DNA of 64,000 bases from Octopus sinensis (GCF_006345805.1 NC_043001.1:33046001-33110000), one strand, 5' to 3'. Counted from the first letter of the stretch, positions 14,052 to 27,014 are shown. Program-made: numbers and translations. Notes: generated by a model from the letters alone, not told the origin.

Positions 14052-14297
14052 GCATTTTTCTGTGACTGTGTCTGTGTTTGTCGCCTTCGTCATCGCTTGA
14101 CAATCGATGCTGGGATGTTAGTGTCCCCGTAATTTAGAGGTTCGGCAAAAGGGTTCGATTAAATAAGTATTAAGATACAAAGAATAAGCTAAAAAGTGTA
14201 AGTCCTGGGATAGATTTCTTTGACTAAGACCCTTCAAGGCGTTGCTCCAGCATGGCCGCAGTCAAATGACTAAAACAAGTAAAAAAATAAAATAAAA
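13841..14297 (+). mobile_element. SINE family A
   Basis: Head gtgtggtaagaagcttgc...gtggcaccttgggcaagtgtc, internal (TA)n, tail ccagcatggccgcagtcaaatgac. Confidence 0.88.
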
Positions 14298-14406
14298 TAT
14301 ATCTGTACATGCATACATACATACATACAGACAGACAGACAGACAGACATGCATACAGACATACATACACGCGTACAAAATATTCATACATATATAATTA
14401 CATATC

Positions 14407-14946
14407 GCATGCCATCAAAGTGACACTGGAGCACAAATGTACGAATCCCAATATACACATCATGACTAACAGTATGATAAGGGTACACTAGACACATGCA
14501 TCATAACCATATGTGAGCGATGTGGTGATCTTGTATCAAGATAAACAACACATGGCCTTGCAAGCGGGGCCCAGTTAGAATTTTCTTCAGGTTGAGCAGC
14601 CCGTCTTGGTCAAAAGGTCCCTGAATAAGGTTTAATTAAGGATGATGAACAAAATACCCATGTTTCTTCAGGTGAATTATCCAAGCCCCGAAGAATTCCT
14701 CTCAGCACAAGGCTATGATGCTCCCCCCATTACTTCTGCTCGTGAACAGAGATGCACGTATCGTCAGCCAGTAAAGGACATGCTCAACTGGTTGAGATCA
14801 AACAACTGACAACTAATTATGTGATATTGAGCAGAATATTTACTGTAGCCCATCTTTTAGACCAAGACAAAGCCATGTACATGATAGCACTTCCAATCAG
14901 TTAAGATCAGAAGCCATGAGTGCCACAGCCTGGTACTGCATCAGGG

Positions 14947-14950
<4 letters not shown>
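14407..14950 (-). mobile_element. Non-coding interspersed element (family E) abutting a (TTA)n tract
   Basis: The first ~140 bp are homologous to 30500-30648; the right end runs directly into (ATT)n. No ORF. Strand is inferred. Confidence 0.7.
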
Positions 14951-15003
<53 letters not shown>

Positions 15004-15057
15004 CATTATTATTATTATTATTATTGTTATAATTATTATTATTATTGTTTAATAATA

Positions 15058-15099
<42 letters not shown>

Positions 15100-15125
15100 T
15101 TACTACTACTATTATTATTATTATT
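14951..15125. repeat. (ATT)n compound microsatellite
   Basis: Direct reading; source of the poly-Y/I/L ORF 14920-15201. Confidence 0.95.
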
Positions 15126-15126
15126 A

Positions 15127-15345
15127 CGGAAGCGTGTTGGCAGAATTGTTACCACGCCGGGCAAAATGCTTAGCGGCATTTCGTCCATCCTTACGTTCTA
15201 AGTTCAACTTCCGCCGGGGTCGATTTTACCTTTCATCATTTCGGGGGTCGATAAATTAAGTACCACTGAAACACTTGGGTCGATGTAATCGACTTGTTCC
15301 CTTTCACAAAATTTTAGGCTTTGTGCCTATAGTAGAAATGATTAT
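15127..15345 (+). mobile_element. SINE family B variant (alternative 3' tail)
   Basis: ttggcagaattgttaccacgccgggc...gttcaacttccgccgggg...aaattttaggctttgtgcctatagtagaa. Confidence 0.8.
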
Positions 15346-15617
15346 TATTATTATTATTATGCCTTATTGCGTAATATTAGAAATAACATATGCCCAATAC
15401 AAAGGAAGAATAAAGTTCGCAGTATTGTGGAAGTGCATTGTATATTCGTACATTATAAATTCAAGCGATATACATACCTTTATAAATATATCGATGTATA
15501 CATGTTCTTTTTTGATCAATTACTATTTTAAACAAGCAATTTAGCGTGATGTTAAATGCAATATATAAATTAAGCTGGTGTATATAACGTGCGGATATAT
15601 ACTTTTTTCTCTGATAT

Positions 15618-15820
15618 TTTTACTTGTTTCAGCCATTTGGCTGCGGCCATGCTGGAGCAGCACCTTTAGTCGAACAAATCAACCCCAGAGCTTGTTCTTT
15701 ATGAGCCTAGTACTTATTCTATCCGTCCCTTAGGCTGAACTGCTAAGTTACGGGGATGTAAACATACCAACATCGGTTGTCAAGTGATGGTGAGGAGACA
15801 AACAAAGACACACAATTACA

Positions 15821-15852
<32 letters not shown>

Positions 15853-16240
15853 ATGTGTGTGTGTGTGCGTGTGTGTGTGGGCGTGTCTGTGTCAATGTTT
15901 GTATGTATAAATATATATCTTTTACCTTTAATTTTTCATTTGTTTCAATGATCATACTGCAGCCATAATGGGTACCGCTAATATACGCGGATGTAAACAC
16001 ACCAACACACGGTTGTGGGGAACAAGCACAGATGCAAATATATACACACACGCACACACACACACCCACATATATATATATATATATACGTCGGGCTTCT
16101 TTTCAGTTTCCGTCTGCCAAATTGACTCATAAAGCTTTGGTCGGCCCTAGGTTTTTGTAGAAGACACAAGGTGCCACGCAGTGGGACTGAACCCAGAGTC
16201 ATGTGGTTGGGAAGCAAGCTTCTTACCACACAGCCACGCC
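15618..16240 (-). mobile_element. SINE family A with a duplicated tail segment
   Basis: Tail at 15618-15810, second decayed tail at 15920-16030, head at 16088-16240. Confidence 0.8.
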
Positions 16241-16789
16241 TAGGACTCTTCCATCTTCCTTCGACCAAATGCACTAACAAGGCTTTTGTCGACCCGAGGC
16301 TATAGCAATTAACGCTTGTCCAAGGTGTCATCCTGTGGGACGGCATTGATCACACAATGAAGTCGAACCCGGTCGTTCCACATTACAAAAACCAACGGTC
16401 TTAACCACTTGACCGTGCCCAAAGGCATATGCCTACGCCTCTGCACGTGTTACATATACATCATGCATAACACACACACACACACACACACACACATAAC
16501 AAATCTCCATCTATTTGTATGGCAAGTTTTAACATCATTTGTATGCATTCAAGTTGTTAACAATGGCCAATTTTGCCGCCAGTTCCAGCAAATTATCACA
16601 CTATTGAATAGCTGAATTCGTTTTCTGTAGAATAGTTGCCATTCTTCAATTGTTGCCAACCTCTTTGGTTTATTATAATAAAACTCCGTCTGTTGTGAAT
16701 TTCTCATTTCGGTCGAAAATAAGTGGATAAGTAATTAGGATTTAAAAGCGTAGATAGATTTTAAAATAAAATAAAAAAAAAATAACAAA

Positions 16790-16926
16790 TATATATATAT
16801 TATATATATATATATATATAGATATATTATATATATATATACTATTTATATATATATAACATACAAACAAACATATATGCAAACACACACAAATAGACAC
16901 ACAAATACACACATGCATACATACAT

Positions 16927-16957
<31 letters not shown>

Positions 16958-17041
16958 GTATATAATATATATATATATATATTATATATATTATAATATA
17001 TATATATATATATAAGATATATTATATATATATATATATAT

Positions 17042-17075
<34 letters not shown>

Positions 17076-17164
17076 ATATATATTATATATATATATTAAT
17101 ATTAACTATATATATATATATATTATATATATATATATATTATAATAATATATATATTATAATA

Positions 17165-17232
<68 letters not shown>

Positions 17233-17257
17233 CATATGTGTGTATATATATATATAT
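16790..17257. repeat. Long interrupted (TA)n tract
   Basis: Direct reading. Confidence 0.95.
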
Positions 17258-17345
17258 AGGTAAAAACGTACAAAGTATAGAAAGTTATCGAACCAGAAAA
17301 GAAAAAAAAGACATGATTATCGCTTCCCGATGTAGCGAATTTCAC

Positions 17346-17373
17346 CTATGTTGCTGTTGAGGCAGCTGTTGTT

Positions 17374-17408
<35 letters not shown>

Positions 17409-17560
17409 GTTGACAATGATGACGATGATGATGATGATGATGATGATGAGAGTGATGATGATAATGCTGATGATGCTGATGCTGCTGATGGTAGTTTGGA
17501 TCACCTCTGACATCAGTTTAGCCTATATCGCTGTTGTTGTTGTTGACGATGATGATGATG

Positions 17561-17594
<34 letters not shown>

Positions 17595-17597
17595 GGG

Positions 17598-17638
<41 letters not shown>

Positions 17639-17662
17639 GTGATGGTGGTGGAGGTGATGATG

Positions 17663-17713
<51 letters not shown>

Positions 17714-17963
17714 GATGAGGGTGATGATGATAATGCTGATGATAGCGAAGATGATGCTGGTGATAGTGATGCTGATGATGGTAATTTGGATCACCTCTAT
17801 ATCGTGCATAAATATAATAAAAGATGTACTCGCCATGACCATCCCATCATCTCTTTCTATATCCGACACAGCATTGTTCAATATAGCGTTATGTAATTTA
17901 AGACAGTAGTCAGAGATCTGAAGCATATTTGATTTCTGCTCGTTGCACAAACGAAACAGTGAA

Positions 17964-17995
<32 letters not shown>

Positions 17996-17999
17996 TAGT

Positions 18000-18095
<96 letters not shown>

Positions 18096-18181
18096 GGTGG
18101 TGGTGGTGATGGTGGTGGTGATGGTGGTGGTGGTGGTGTTGGTGGTGGTGGTTTTGGCAGTGGTGGTTTTTGGCAGTGGTG

Positions 18182-18255
<74 letters not shown>
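17346..18255. repeat. Compound trinucleotide microsatellites (GTT, GAT, GCA, GTA, GGT)
   Basis: Direct reading. The segment ending ggtagtttggatcacctct (~17490-17508) recurs as ggtaatttggatcacctct (~17780-17798). Confidence 0.95.
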
Positions 18256-18256
<1 letters not shown>

Positions 18257-18403
18257 AATTAAATGGGAAAACAGTTGGACTTTACTTCGCCTTTAATTTT
18301 CTCTGCCGTTTTGTATTTTGTGCACGTTTAATACACTGATATATTAATGTTTATATGCGCACATGCACACACACGCATACACACATACATACATATATAT
18401 ATA

Positions 18404-18610
18404 TAAAGTTAATCCAAGCATGAAAACACAAAGATAAAACACAACAACGCGAGGACGTGGAACAAATATAGTATTATTGGACGCTCAGGAAGGAAGGGAT
18501 GAAGGAGGGTTTAACGTTTCGAGCGGAGCTCTTCGTCGGAAACATAGGAGAAGGAAAGATCCAGAGAAATGAAGACGGAGGGAAAAAATTGCCAACAGTA
18601 CACACGCGGT
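18404..18610 (-). mobile_element. Short Penelope-terminus-like element with a hammerhead motif (18509-18543)
   Basis: Minus strand GTTT-CCGACGA-A-GAGC-tcc-GCTC-GAAAC-GTT-AAAC; stems I and II pair perfectly; flanked by TA/CA repeats. Confidence 0.6.
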
Positions 18611-18644
18611 CATACACACACACACACACACACATATATATACC

Positions 18645-18699
<55 letters not shown>

Positions 18700-19184
18700 C
18701 CATATATATATATATATAAGTTTACGTGTCATTTTAAATATATTTTCAGGAACGTATATTAACCATGAAGATATATATTTATAGTAGGAACTTAGTACTT
18801 AGTTGATGCATTAGTTAATTTCCTACTTCTACTTTTTTATATGCTATTTCGGTCAGTTTTGGCTTGAAACCAATCTCCTTGTTGCTAAAATGCATTTATA
18901 CCCTAAAAAGATTTTTAAAAAAGTACTAAAAACTGAATGCTTGGAAAAGCTGATTTCAATAATATTAAAATTGCTATTCTGGCATATTCTGCACGTATTT
19001 TCATTTTGCACAAGATATGTCTAGAATGTGTTATTCGTGAAAGTTTTAGTGTAATGCACCAAGTTATCTAGATGTAACTAGTATGATAGTTTCTACTAAA
19101 AGCACAAGGCCAGAAATTGCAAGGAGGGGACTGATCGATCACCTCCACCCCAGTGCGTAACTGGTACTTAATTTATTGTGGTTA

Positions 19185-19778
19185 GTAAAGAAATAGGTAT
19201 TTCGTCTGTCTTTACGTTCTGAGTTCAAATTCCGCCGATGTCGACTTTGCCTTTCATTCTTTCGGGGTCGATAAATTAAGTACCAGTTACGCACTGGGGT
19301 CGATAGAATCGATTTAATCCCTTTGTCTATCCTTGTTTGTCCCCTCTATATTTAGTCTCCTGTGGGCAATAAAGAAATAAGAAACGTTAACACGCCGAGC
19401 GAAATATTTAGCGGTATTTCGTCTGCGTTACGTTGTGAGTTCAAATTCCGCCGAGGTCGACTTTGCCTTTCATCCTTTCGGGGTCGATAAATTAAGTACC
19501 AGTTACGCACTGGGGTCGATGTAATCGACTTAATATCTATGTCTGTCTTTGTTTGTCCCCTCTGTGTTTAGCCCCTTGTGGGTAATAAAGGACTAGGTAT
19601 TTCGTCTGTCTTTAGGTTCTGAGTTCAAATTCCGCCGAAGCTGACTTTGCCTTGCATCCTTTCGGGATCGATAAATTAATAACCAGTTGCATACTGAGGT
19701 CGATCTAATCGACTTACTTCCTTTGTCTGTCCTTGTTTGTCCACTCTATGTTTAGCCCCCTATGGGCAATAAATAAAA
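19185..19778 (+). mobile_element. SINE family B trimer, preceded by an inverted B fragment at ~19100-19177
   Basis: Three ~190-bp bodies joined at 19191, 19380 and 19591. Confidence 0.92.
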
Positions 19779-20656
19779 AAATATTTACCAATCAAATATA
19801 TAACAAAGACTATTTAGAGTAAAGCAGAGTAATATAGCTCTGTATATAAGCGTCTCAGATTTTCGTAATTTTATTGGTTATGTTCTTATATTAGAGGAAA
19901 ATATGCTACTGTAGTTTCATACTTGTTTGTTCAGTTGTTCATTTATATTGTTCAGTTGGATGTAATATCATTTTTAGGTGTGTGTAGTTACAGAAGTCAA
20001 GTAATAATGTTTAATTAAAAGTAAGTCATTTATAGTCAGATCGAGTGAATGAGGATGTTTTGAATTGTAATTGCAAAGAATATACTTATTGATATTAATA
20101 AAGTAAATGCAAACGAACTTAATTAATTGCAACGCTCGGATTTTTTTTTTATTTATGCTTTCAATCAAGTTTAGAAAAATAGATATTCCTGTGGAAAAAT
20201 ATAATTAGTTTCATTTTATGAGAGATAGGAGGTAGGTCCCACATGCGAAGAAAATTATTCCGGATATCTTAATGAAAGAATAACTCGTAATAGCTGATAT
20301 AGCAAATTGCCTTTAGTTCCCTGCTGCAAAGGGTACAGATGGATTGGACCCTAAAATGTCAAAATTCCCTTTGTAGTGAATAGGAATAAATTAGGATGAA
20401 AAATTGCCTTCTCCTTGCCTCCTCCTTTGGACAATTGAAGATAAATACTTATATTCTTATAGTCTTCGAAATTCGTAATCACTTCTACACTACATTTTTT
20501 AAAACTAAGCCTTACTATGCAACTTCTATAATTATTCGCGTTCATAAACATCACTTCTTCCAACTGAATACTACTGATACAAATATGTATGCATATAAGT
20601 ACGTACATATGTATGTATGCATGCATGTATCTATCTATCTATCTATCTATCTATCT

Positions 20657-20701
<45 letters not shown>

Positions 20702-20751
20702 GTCAGTCTGTCTGTCTATCTGTCTATCTATTTATGTGTGTATGTATGTAC

Positions 20752-20952
20752 TTCGGCTATGTAAAGACACGCGTGCTCTTCCCGGACTATTTCTTCCCCT
20801 TCTCACTGGACTTTTCCTCTTTCCATTTTCTGACGATGAGCCATGCTTGAACCGTCACACCCTCCTTTTTTTCCTTCTAAAATCGAGGTCACCTAAAACA
20901 TTCACTGTGTACGTCCAAATGACTTCTGTTTTTATTTTCATTCCTGATTAGC
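20752..20952 (+). mobile_element. Short Penelope-terminus-like element with a hammerhead motif (20826-20860)
   Basis: tttt-CTGACGA-T-GAGC-cat-GCTT-GAACC-GTC-acac, then cctcctttt as in the 18509 copy; between (TATG)n tracts. Confidence 0.5.
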
Positions 20953-21656
20953 CTATGTACATATGTATGTATGCATGTATGTATGTCATTGTTCGGTTTT
21001 ATTTCAAGATTTCTTACCAATAGAGAAAGAGCCGGTTTCTAACCTAGATCAAAGACCCCTTCATTGAAATTTCAACTTCAACAACAGGGTATTTTGCTTT
21101 GTATGTATGTATGTATGAATGTATGTATATGTGTGGATTTGTATGTTTTGATTTATGCACGTATTCTCATGCATATAGTTGCATATCTAGACATGCTCAT
21201 ATGTATTTAAATCTTCTGGAAAGTTTTACAGATTTTTACAGTTCCAGTGATGGATTGTATTTATAGTCTTCGAATTAACTTTATCTCCAGTAAATTTTCT
21301 TTTTTATCTGTAATGATAAAATTTCAAAAACCGAAATGTAAGCATTGCAGATACATAATTTGCGTGCATGCAAAATAGAATTGTCATTTGTTTGTTTTTC
21401 AAATTTTAAAATGAATCTTTAAAAGGTATAAGAAAGTATATTTAATCAAACACACAATTAGTTTCCTTCTGTGAAGGAAGGAAAATTTCCGGACATACAT
21501 ACATACATACATAATTACATACATACATATATACATACACATGCTTATACATACATGAATATATATCCTTGGACGGGGGTGAGCGCGTGTATGTGTGCGT
21601 GTGTGTGTATGTGTGTATCTCTGTGTGTATGTCTGTAGACAGACAGACAGACAGAC

Positions 21657-21734
<78 letters not shown>

Positions 21735-24700
21735 GTAAGATAGACAGATAAGATAGATGACTGGTTGATAGATAAATTAACTTCAAATGTTGCTAATGGA
21801 TTGCCAAATTCGGGCAAAAACCACATCAATCAATGAGTCAGCCAAGAAAAGAACTATAAGAACCAATAAAGCAAAAGAATAAGTAAACAGCTGCAGGAAC
21901 ATACATACAATACAATACTATTAGGTTCGATTCTCTTTTTCTTTCTTTCACACTCTCCTCCTCTCTTACTTAAAATTTCTTTCTTATTCACTGGAAATGC
22001 TTTCACATATGCACTCATTCGTTCAAAATAGAAAATAAAAATACGTTCATACATTATTGAGCGAAGTGAGGAATAAATGCGTACACCTATATTCGAAAAA
22101 TGTATTCAAAGTTTCGTTGGTAGTGCTCTTATTTTTATAACTAACCTATGGAGTACTTACTTTGTAACATAGATTAGATCAATTTGGTTTGGAAATGATT
22201 GAGAAAAAAAAAGAAAACAACTTTCGGTTCATCAGAATATACGGTAGGAAATCAGTTGTTTCGTCGTTTTTATAGTTTTATGTTTTTATTTATCTATTTA
22301 CTTACTTGGAAATTTTAAAGTGTTTTTGTCGAAATATCTGTATTCTCAATTTAGATAAATAACCCGTTGAATGCTATTGCAATCATCGCATAAAACAAGG
22401 GAAAATGTTTAAAATACAACAAATAATCTTTATGAATGTTATATATTATCTTCACAGTATCGTTACAGTTCAAAGGACAAGAGGATATAATGCGAAGTAC
22501 CAGTGAAAAGAAGAGTCACTCGTTAATGTTTGATCAATCACATCAAGCTTGTGATTCATTTTCTTTTTAAATTAACCTCAGGTTAGCCCTGGTCAAGCTG
22601 ACTTATGAGCAAACGCATTCCAGCTACGACCATCTCATCCCGTCGTTTTTATGCCAGTGAATAGATTGGCCAAACTGGTGGAGGTCCTGCTGTTATTTGG
22701 TGGCGGGTCAAATAATTGTTGGAACTGATATCTATCAAAAAGAATAAATAGTCTTAATCTATAAGCTTGCGAATTGAAACTTTTACATTCTACGTAACGT
22801 AAATAGAAGCAGTTTAGTGTACAGAGTAAGGTGTGTGACTTCTGTACGTTATCTAACTGGCCGTTGTTGTAAAATTTATAGTACTAAATTTTATGTGTAT
22901 GCGCGCGTGCGTGTGTGTGTGTGTGCGCACGCGTGTGAGCGTACGTGTGCGTGCACGCGTGTGAGCGTACGTGTGCGTGCACGCGTGAGTGTGTGTTGTG
23001 CATGTATGTGACTTAGTTCTCGCATAATTTAAATATCGTGGACCGGAAAGCAAGGCCATTTCTCATGCATTTTAAAGCAAAGTGGAGGGGAAAAAAAGCT
23101 TCTTTGTTGCATTTTGATCGCCATTGATCGGTTCTGGTCCCGTCAGCCTAGGGATAATTCAGCGACACCAGAGAAAAATAAAATCTCAACAGGTTAAAGC
23201 AGGTGTGCTATCAATGTCGCTTAGTCATCGAAGTGTGATACTGGGCGCGTTAGCGACATCAGAGCCAAAGTAATAGCTGATACCTAACATAGAGACAGAT
23301 GTTGTTGGAAACTCCACAAAGCATGCATGTTTACTAAGACATCGGTGTGCGTTGTTTGGTGCACATGTTTCTGGTGTGTCTGTTGGACCATAGAGTTGTA
23401 GAAACGGAGGTCCAAAATCTCTACGAACATTATGCCTGGTTTAGATATGTCGGTTTATCGAAGTGGTAATGTCTTGAAATACATCAAAGTCAATATTTCG
23501 CTGTCTATTAATGAAGACTATACATATGACTGTACACTTATGTGCAGTTTTCTCGGAGGTAGAGTTGGAAATTACAAGTTCCGGGTAAGATGGATCACCT
23601 GTTGAATATATTCTGTTTGATGTTGGGTCAGCTGTTACTGTGGCTGTGGTTTCATAGTTCACTGATGAAGCAGTACAAGGAAGTGCAGTTTTATCTGTCC
23701 TTACATCTGGAGGAGTGTACATGCTGCGAGTATCTTCCTTCGAATTTATTGGCTATCTTACCTGTATTTTATCTCGTAATAGTATTGGGTGGTCTGAAGG
23801 TGGCTATGTAGACCTAAGCTTTTGAGAGTCAGAATCCTCCCAGTTTGCAGAATTTTGGCAGTTTAAACTCGGAGTGTCGGGTGGAGATTACATGGCTGCG
23901 TTAGAGTGCGAAGCTGGAAAGAAGGTTATTTAATCATGAAAGCTAGGCTTAACGTTATGAGAATATAAAACTTTACGTTATCCAAGGGTTCTATGGAAAG
24001 CTTTTGGCTATATTTGTAGAAACATCTAGGTTGATTAGATTATAACACCAAATAACTCTCCTAGAGTTTCAGGATGCAGATCAAAGAATGATCTAATTTA
24101 ATCACTACAGAAAGTACTCGCAAGAGCCTTATTTTAATAGGGGTACTCGCCTGTTGAAGATCTCTCAATCCGTCTACACACTAGATATTGTTCTGCTGAT
24201 GTTTATGAACAGGTTTCTTATTACAATTGGATGATGCATACATATATACACACATATGGTGAAAATCAACTCGTGACAAGTAAGATCATATTCTAAACTC
24301 AGTAAGCCCGTGCAAGCGTCCTGAGAGTCTAAGAAGTTCCTGTGCGTGATTTTTGATTCAGTGGATAAAGTGTTGCACAGTAGTGAACATACTTTTCACT
24401 GTGATCAACCATAAAACCAGTGGCACAAAAGAGATTGGCACAACCAGAAACCATTAGAACTTCAAGTTTTTTTCTTTTTTTTTGGGGGGGGGGGTTATAG
24501 ACGTTTACCGTCTCCTTGAAGGAAGTTCTAACGAGAATGAGAGCGGTCCTTTACTCGCAGTGCTTTACCTGCTGCCTAACACATAGTTGGGACTCTAACA
24601 GGTGCTAATACTCCGGGTCAGATTAGACCTGGGATCAAAAGCGGCTAAGACGTGATTCCACACTCCTCATAACCCTGGAATTCATGTACCATGGTTCCAC

Positions 24701-24825
24701 TAACCGATGTAGTTAAAAGCCATACTTAGAAGACACACACACATATACATACACATATGCATACAGGCATACATACATGCACACATAAATACACACACAT
24801 ATATATACATATATGATTGTATATT

Positions 24826-24875
<50 letters not shown>

Positions 24876-25478
24876 AATACATATGTATATATATATATGT
24901 GTGTATATATATAAATATCTACTCATACATTTACATATATATATTTATATCTATATCTATCTAACCCTGTCTAACTGTCTGTCTATCAATCTATCTCTCT
25001 ATCTATCTATTTCACTCTATGTTTGTATGTGTGTGTGTTCACGTGAATGTGCGTGCACGCGTTTGTGTGTGTGTTTGCGTATGGAATGTGTATGAAGGTG
25101 TATGTTGTGAGCATGTGTACACGCGAAGAGTGTCTGAGCTGTTATACAACGAAGAATAGAACATTGTATTAAGTAAAGTGGTAATGTATATTTAGATAAT
25201 AGCTTGAGTGAAAAATATTGAAAATCATTTAATAACTATGCTCGGCAGGTATCCATTACAAAGTGCGCAGACAAACGTACAGACAAACACACTACACGGG
25301 CATACATACACACACGTACATTCTTACGTGTATTTATGTGATGGAATGTGTATTCGTATATTTATGTACGTTTGTGTCTCTGTATTCAATTATTTATTAC
25401 TAGTAACTAGGATGCAATCAATATTTAGGGTAACGATGTGTTTCAGTGTATTTCGTAAAAGATTCAGTATTAGGAGTG

Positions 25479-25892
25479 GCATAAGAGTGGCTGTGTGGCA
25501 AGTAGCTTGCTTACCGACCACATGGTTCCGGGTTCAGTCCCACTACGTGATACCTTGGGCAAGTATCTTCTACTATAGCTTCGGGCCGACCATTAGCCTT
25601 GTGAGTTGATTTGGTAGACGGAAACTGAAAGAAGCCCGTCGTATATATGTATATATATATATGTATGTGTGCGTATGTGTTTGTGTGTCTGTGTTTGTCC
25701 CCCCAACATCGCTTGACAACCGATGCTGGTGTGTTTACGTCATCGTTACTTAGCGGTTCGGCAAAAGTGACCGATAGAATAAGTACTAGGCTTACAAAGA
25801 ATAAATCCTGGGGTCGATTTGCTCGACTAAAGGTGGTGCCCCAGCATGGCCACAGTCAAATGACTGTAACGAGTAAAAGAGAGTAAAAGAGT
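25479..25892 (+). mobile_element. SINE family A, full length
   Basis: gagtggctgtgtggcaagtagcttgc...cagtcaaatgactgtaacgagtaaaagagagtaaaagag. Confidence 0.92.
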
Positions 25893-26985
25893 ATTTAAAT
25901 ATTGTCTTGTATTTGAAAACCTGGCTCTGTATGGGACAGAAGTTATTTAGTTCAGCTAGCGTAGCATTACGATAGATTTTACTCTATCTCATCTGTACCG
26001 ATAAAATTAACACCATAATTCTTCTGTTTCCAACAAACGTTTGCTGACAGATAACATATGTGTTTGTTGTTCAAGTTGCGTATTATTATTCGACCGTGAT
26101 ATAGAGTAGATTGGAATTATCAAAGCAAAGAAAAACGTCTGGGATTTTAGTATGAAATGGAGAATTCTGCCCTGGGATAGCGCTAAATATATGGTCATAT
26201 GTACAATCAAACAGACTATTTGTAGGTTAACGAATATTATTTATATGGGATTCGATGAATCGCCTGAAGGTCTGGACTTATAAGATTTCTTGCATTCGCA
26301 CGAATACATACATACGCACAAACACACGCATGAACGCACACACTCGTGCATGCATATACACATGAACATATATCGATATCTATACGTGTGTGTGTATACG
26401 TAATAAATAAGTACTACAAGCACACCTGCACACTCAAAAACACACACACATACACATACACACAGATGCAAAGATAAGCTTAGAGGAGAGTGATTTTCGC
26501 AGATGCACGTTTATTATTACTGAGAAAAGAAGACATTATGATTAAAACCCGTTTATGGTCAGGAAAACGATCGACCGACTAGTTTCAGGGGTGTTTATCG
26601 CATCATCAGAGCTGAGTTACTCATTTTCCTGACCACAAAGTAAATGAAAATATATATCTATTTATATTATGCACATATATGGATAGTAATATATTTAATC
26701 TGTTCTAATTTGCATAAATATGCGATCTTTGATATAATTACTGAATTAATTAATAAAAGAATTACCAAGTAATTTTATCTTTTATCCTTTACGTGCTTCA
26801 GTCAATCGGGTGGGGTCATATTGGGCTTGGCGTTGAGAATTTTTGTCGAACTAATCTACCAATTTCGCAAAACCACAATATTACGGGGACGTAAAAGCAC
26901 TAACACCGGTTGTCAAGCGGTTGTAGGGGGACGAATAGAGAGACAGACAGACGAATGCACGCACATATACATACATATATATGTA

Positions 26986-27014
26986 TTGGGTTGGTGCATA
27001 ATTATTGCGGCTTT
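26986..27014 (+). mobile_element. Solo mariner-type terminal inverted repeat
   Basis: TA then TTGGGTTGGTGCATAATTATTGCGGCTTT, resembling the Hsmar1/MADE1-type TIR (TTAGGTTGGTGCAAAAGTAATTGCGGTTTT, from memory). No partner TIR seen. Confidence 0.5.

Noticed and set aside
17407-18339. Poly-Asp, poly-His, poly-Met, poly-Ser and poly-Val ORFs
   Set aside because: Trinucleotide microsatellites read in different frames; no splice signals or flanking coding context.
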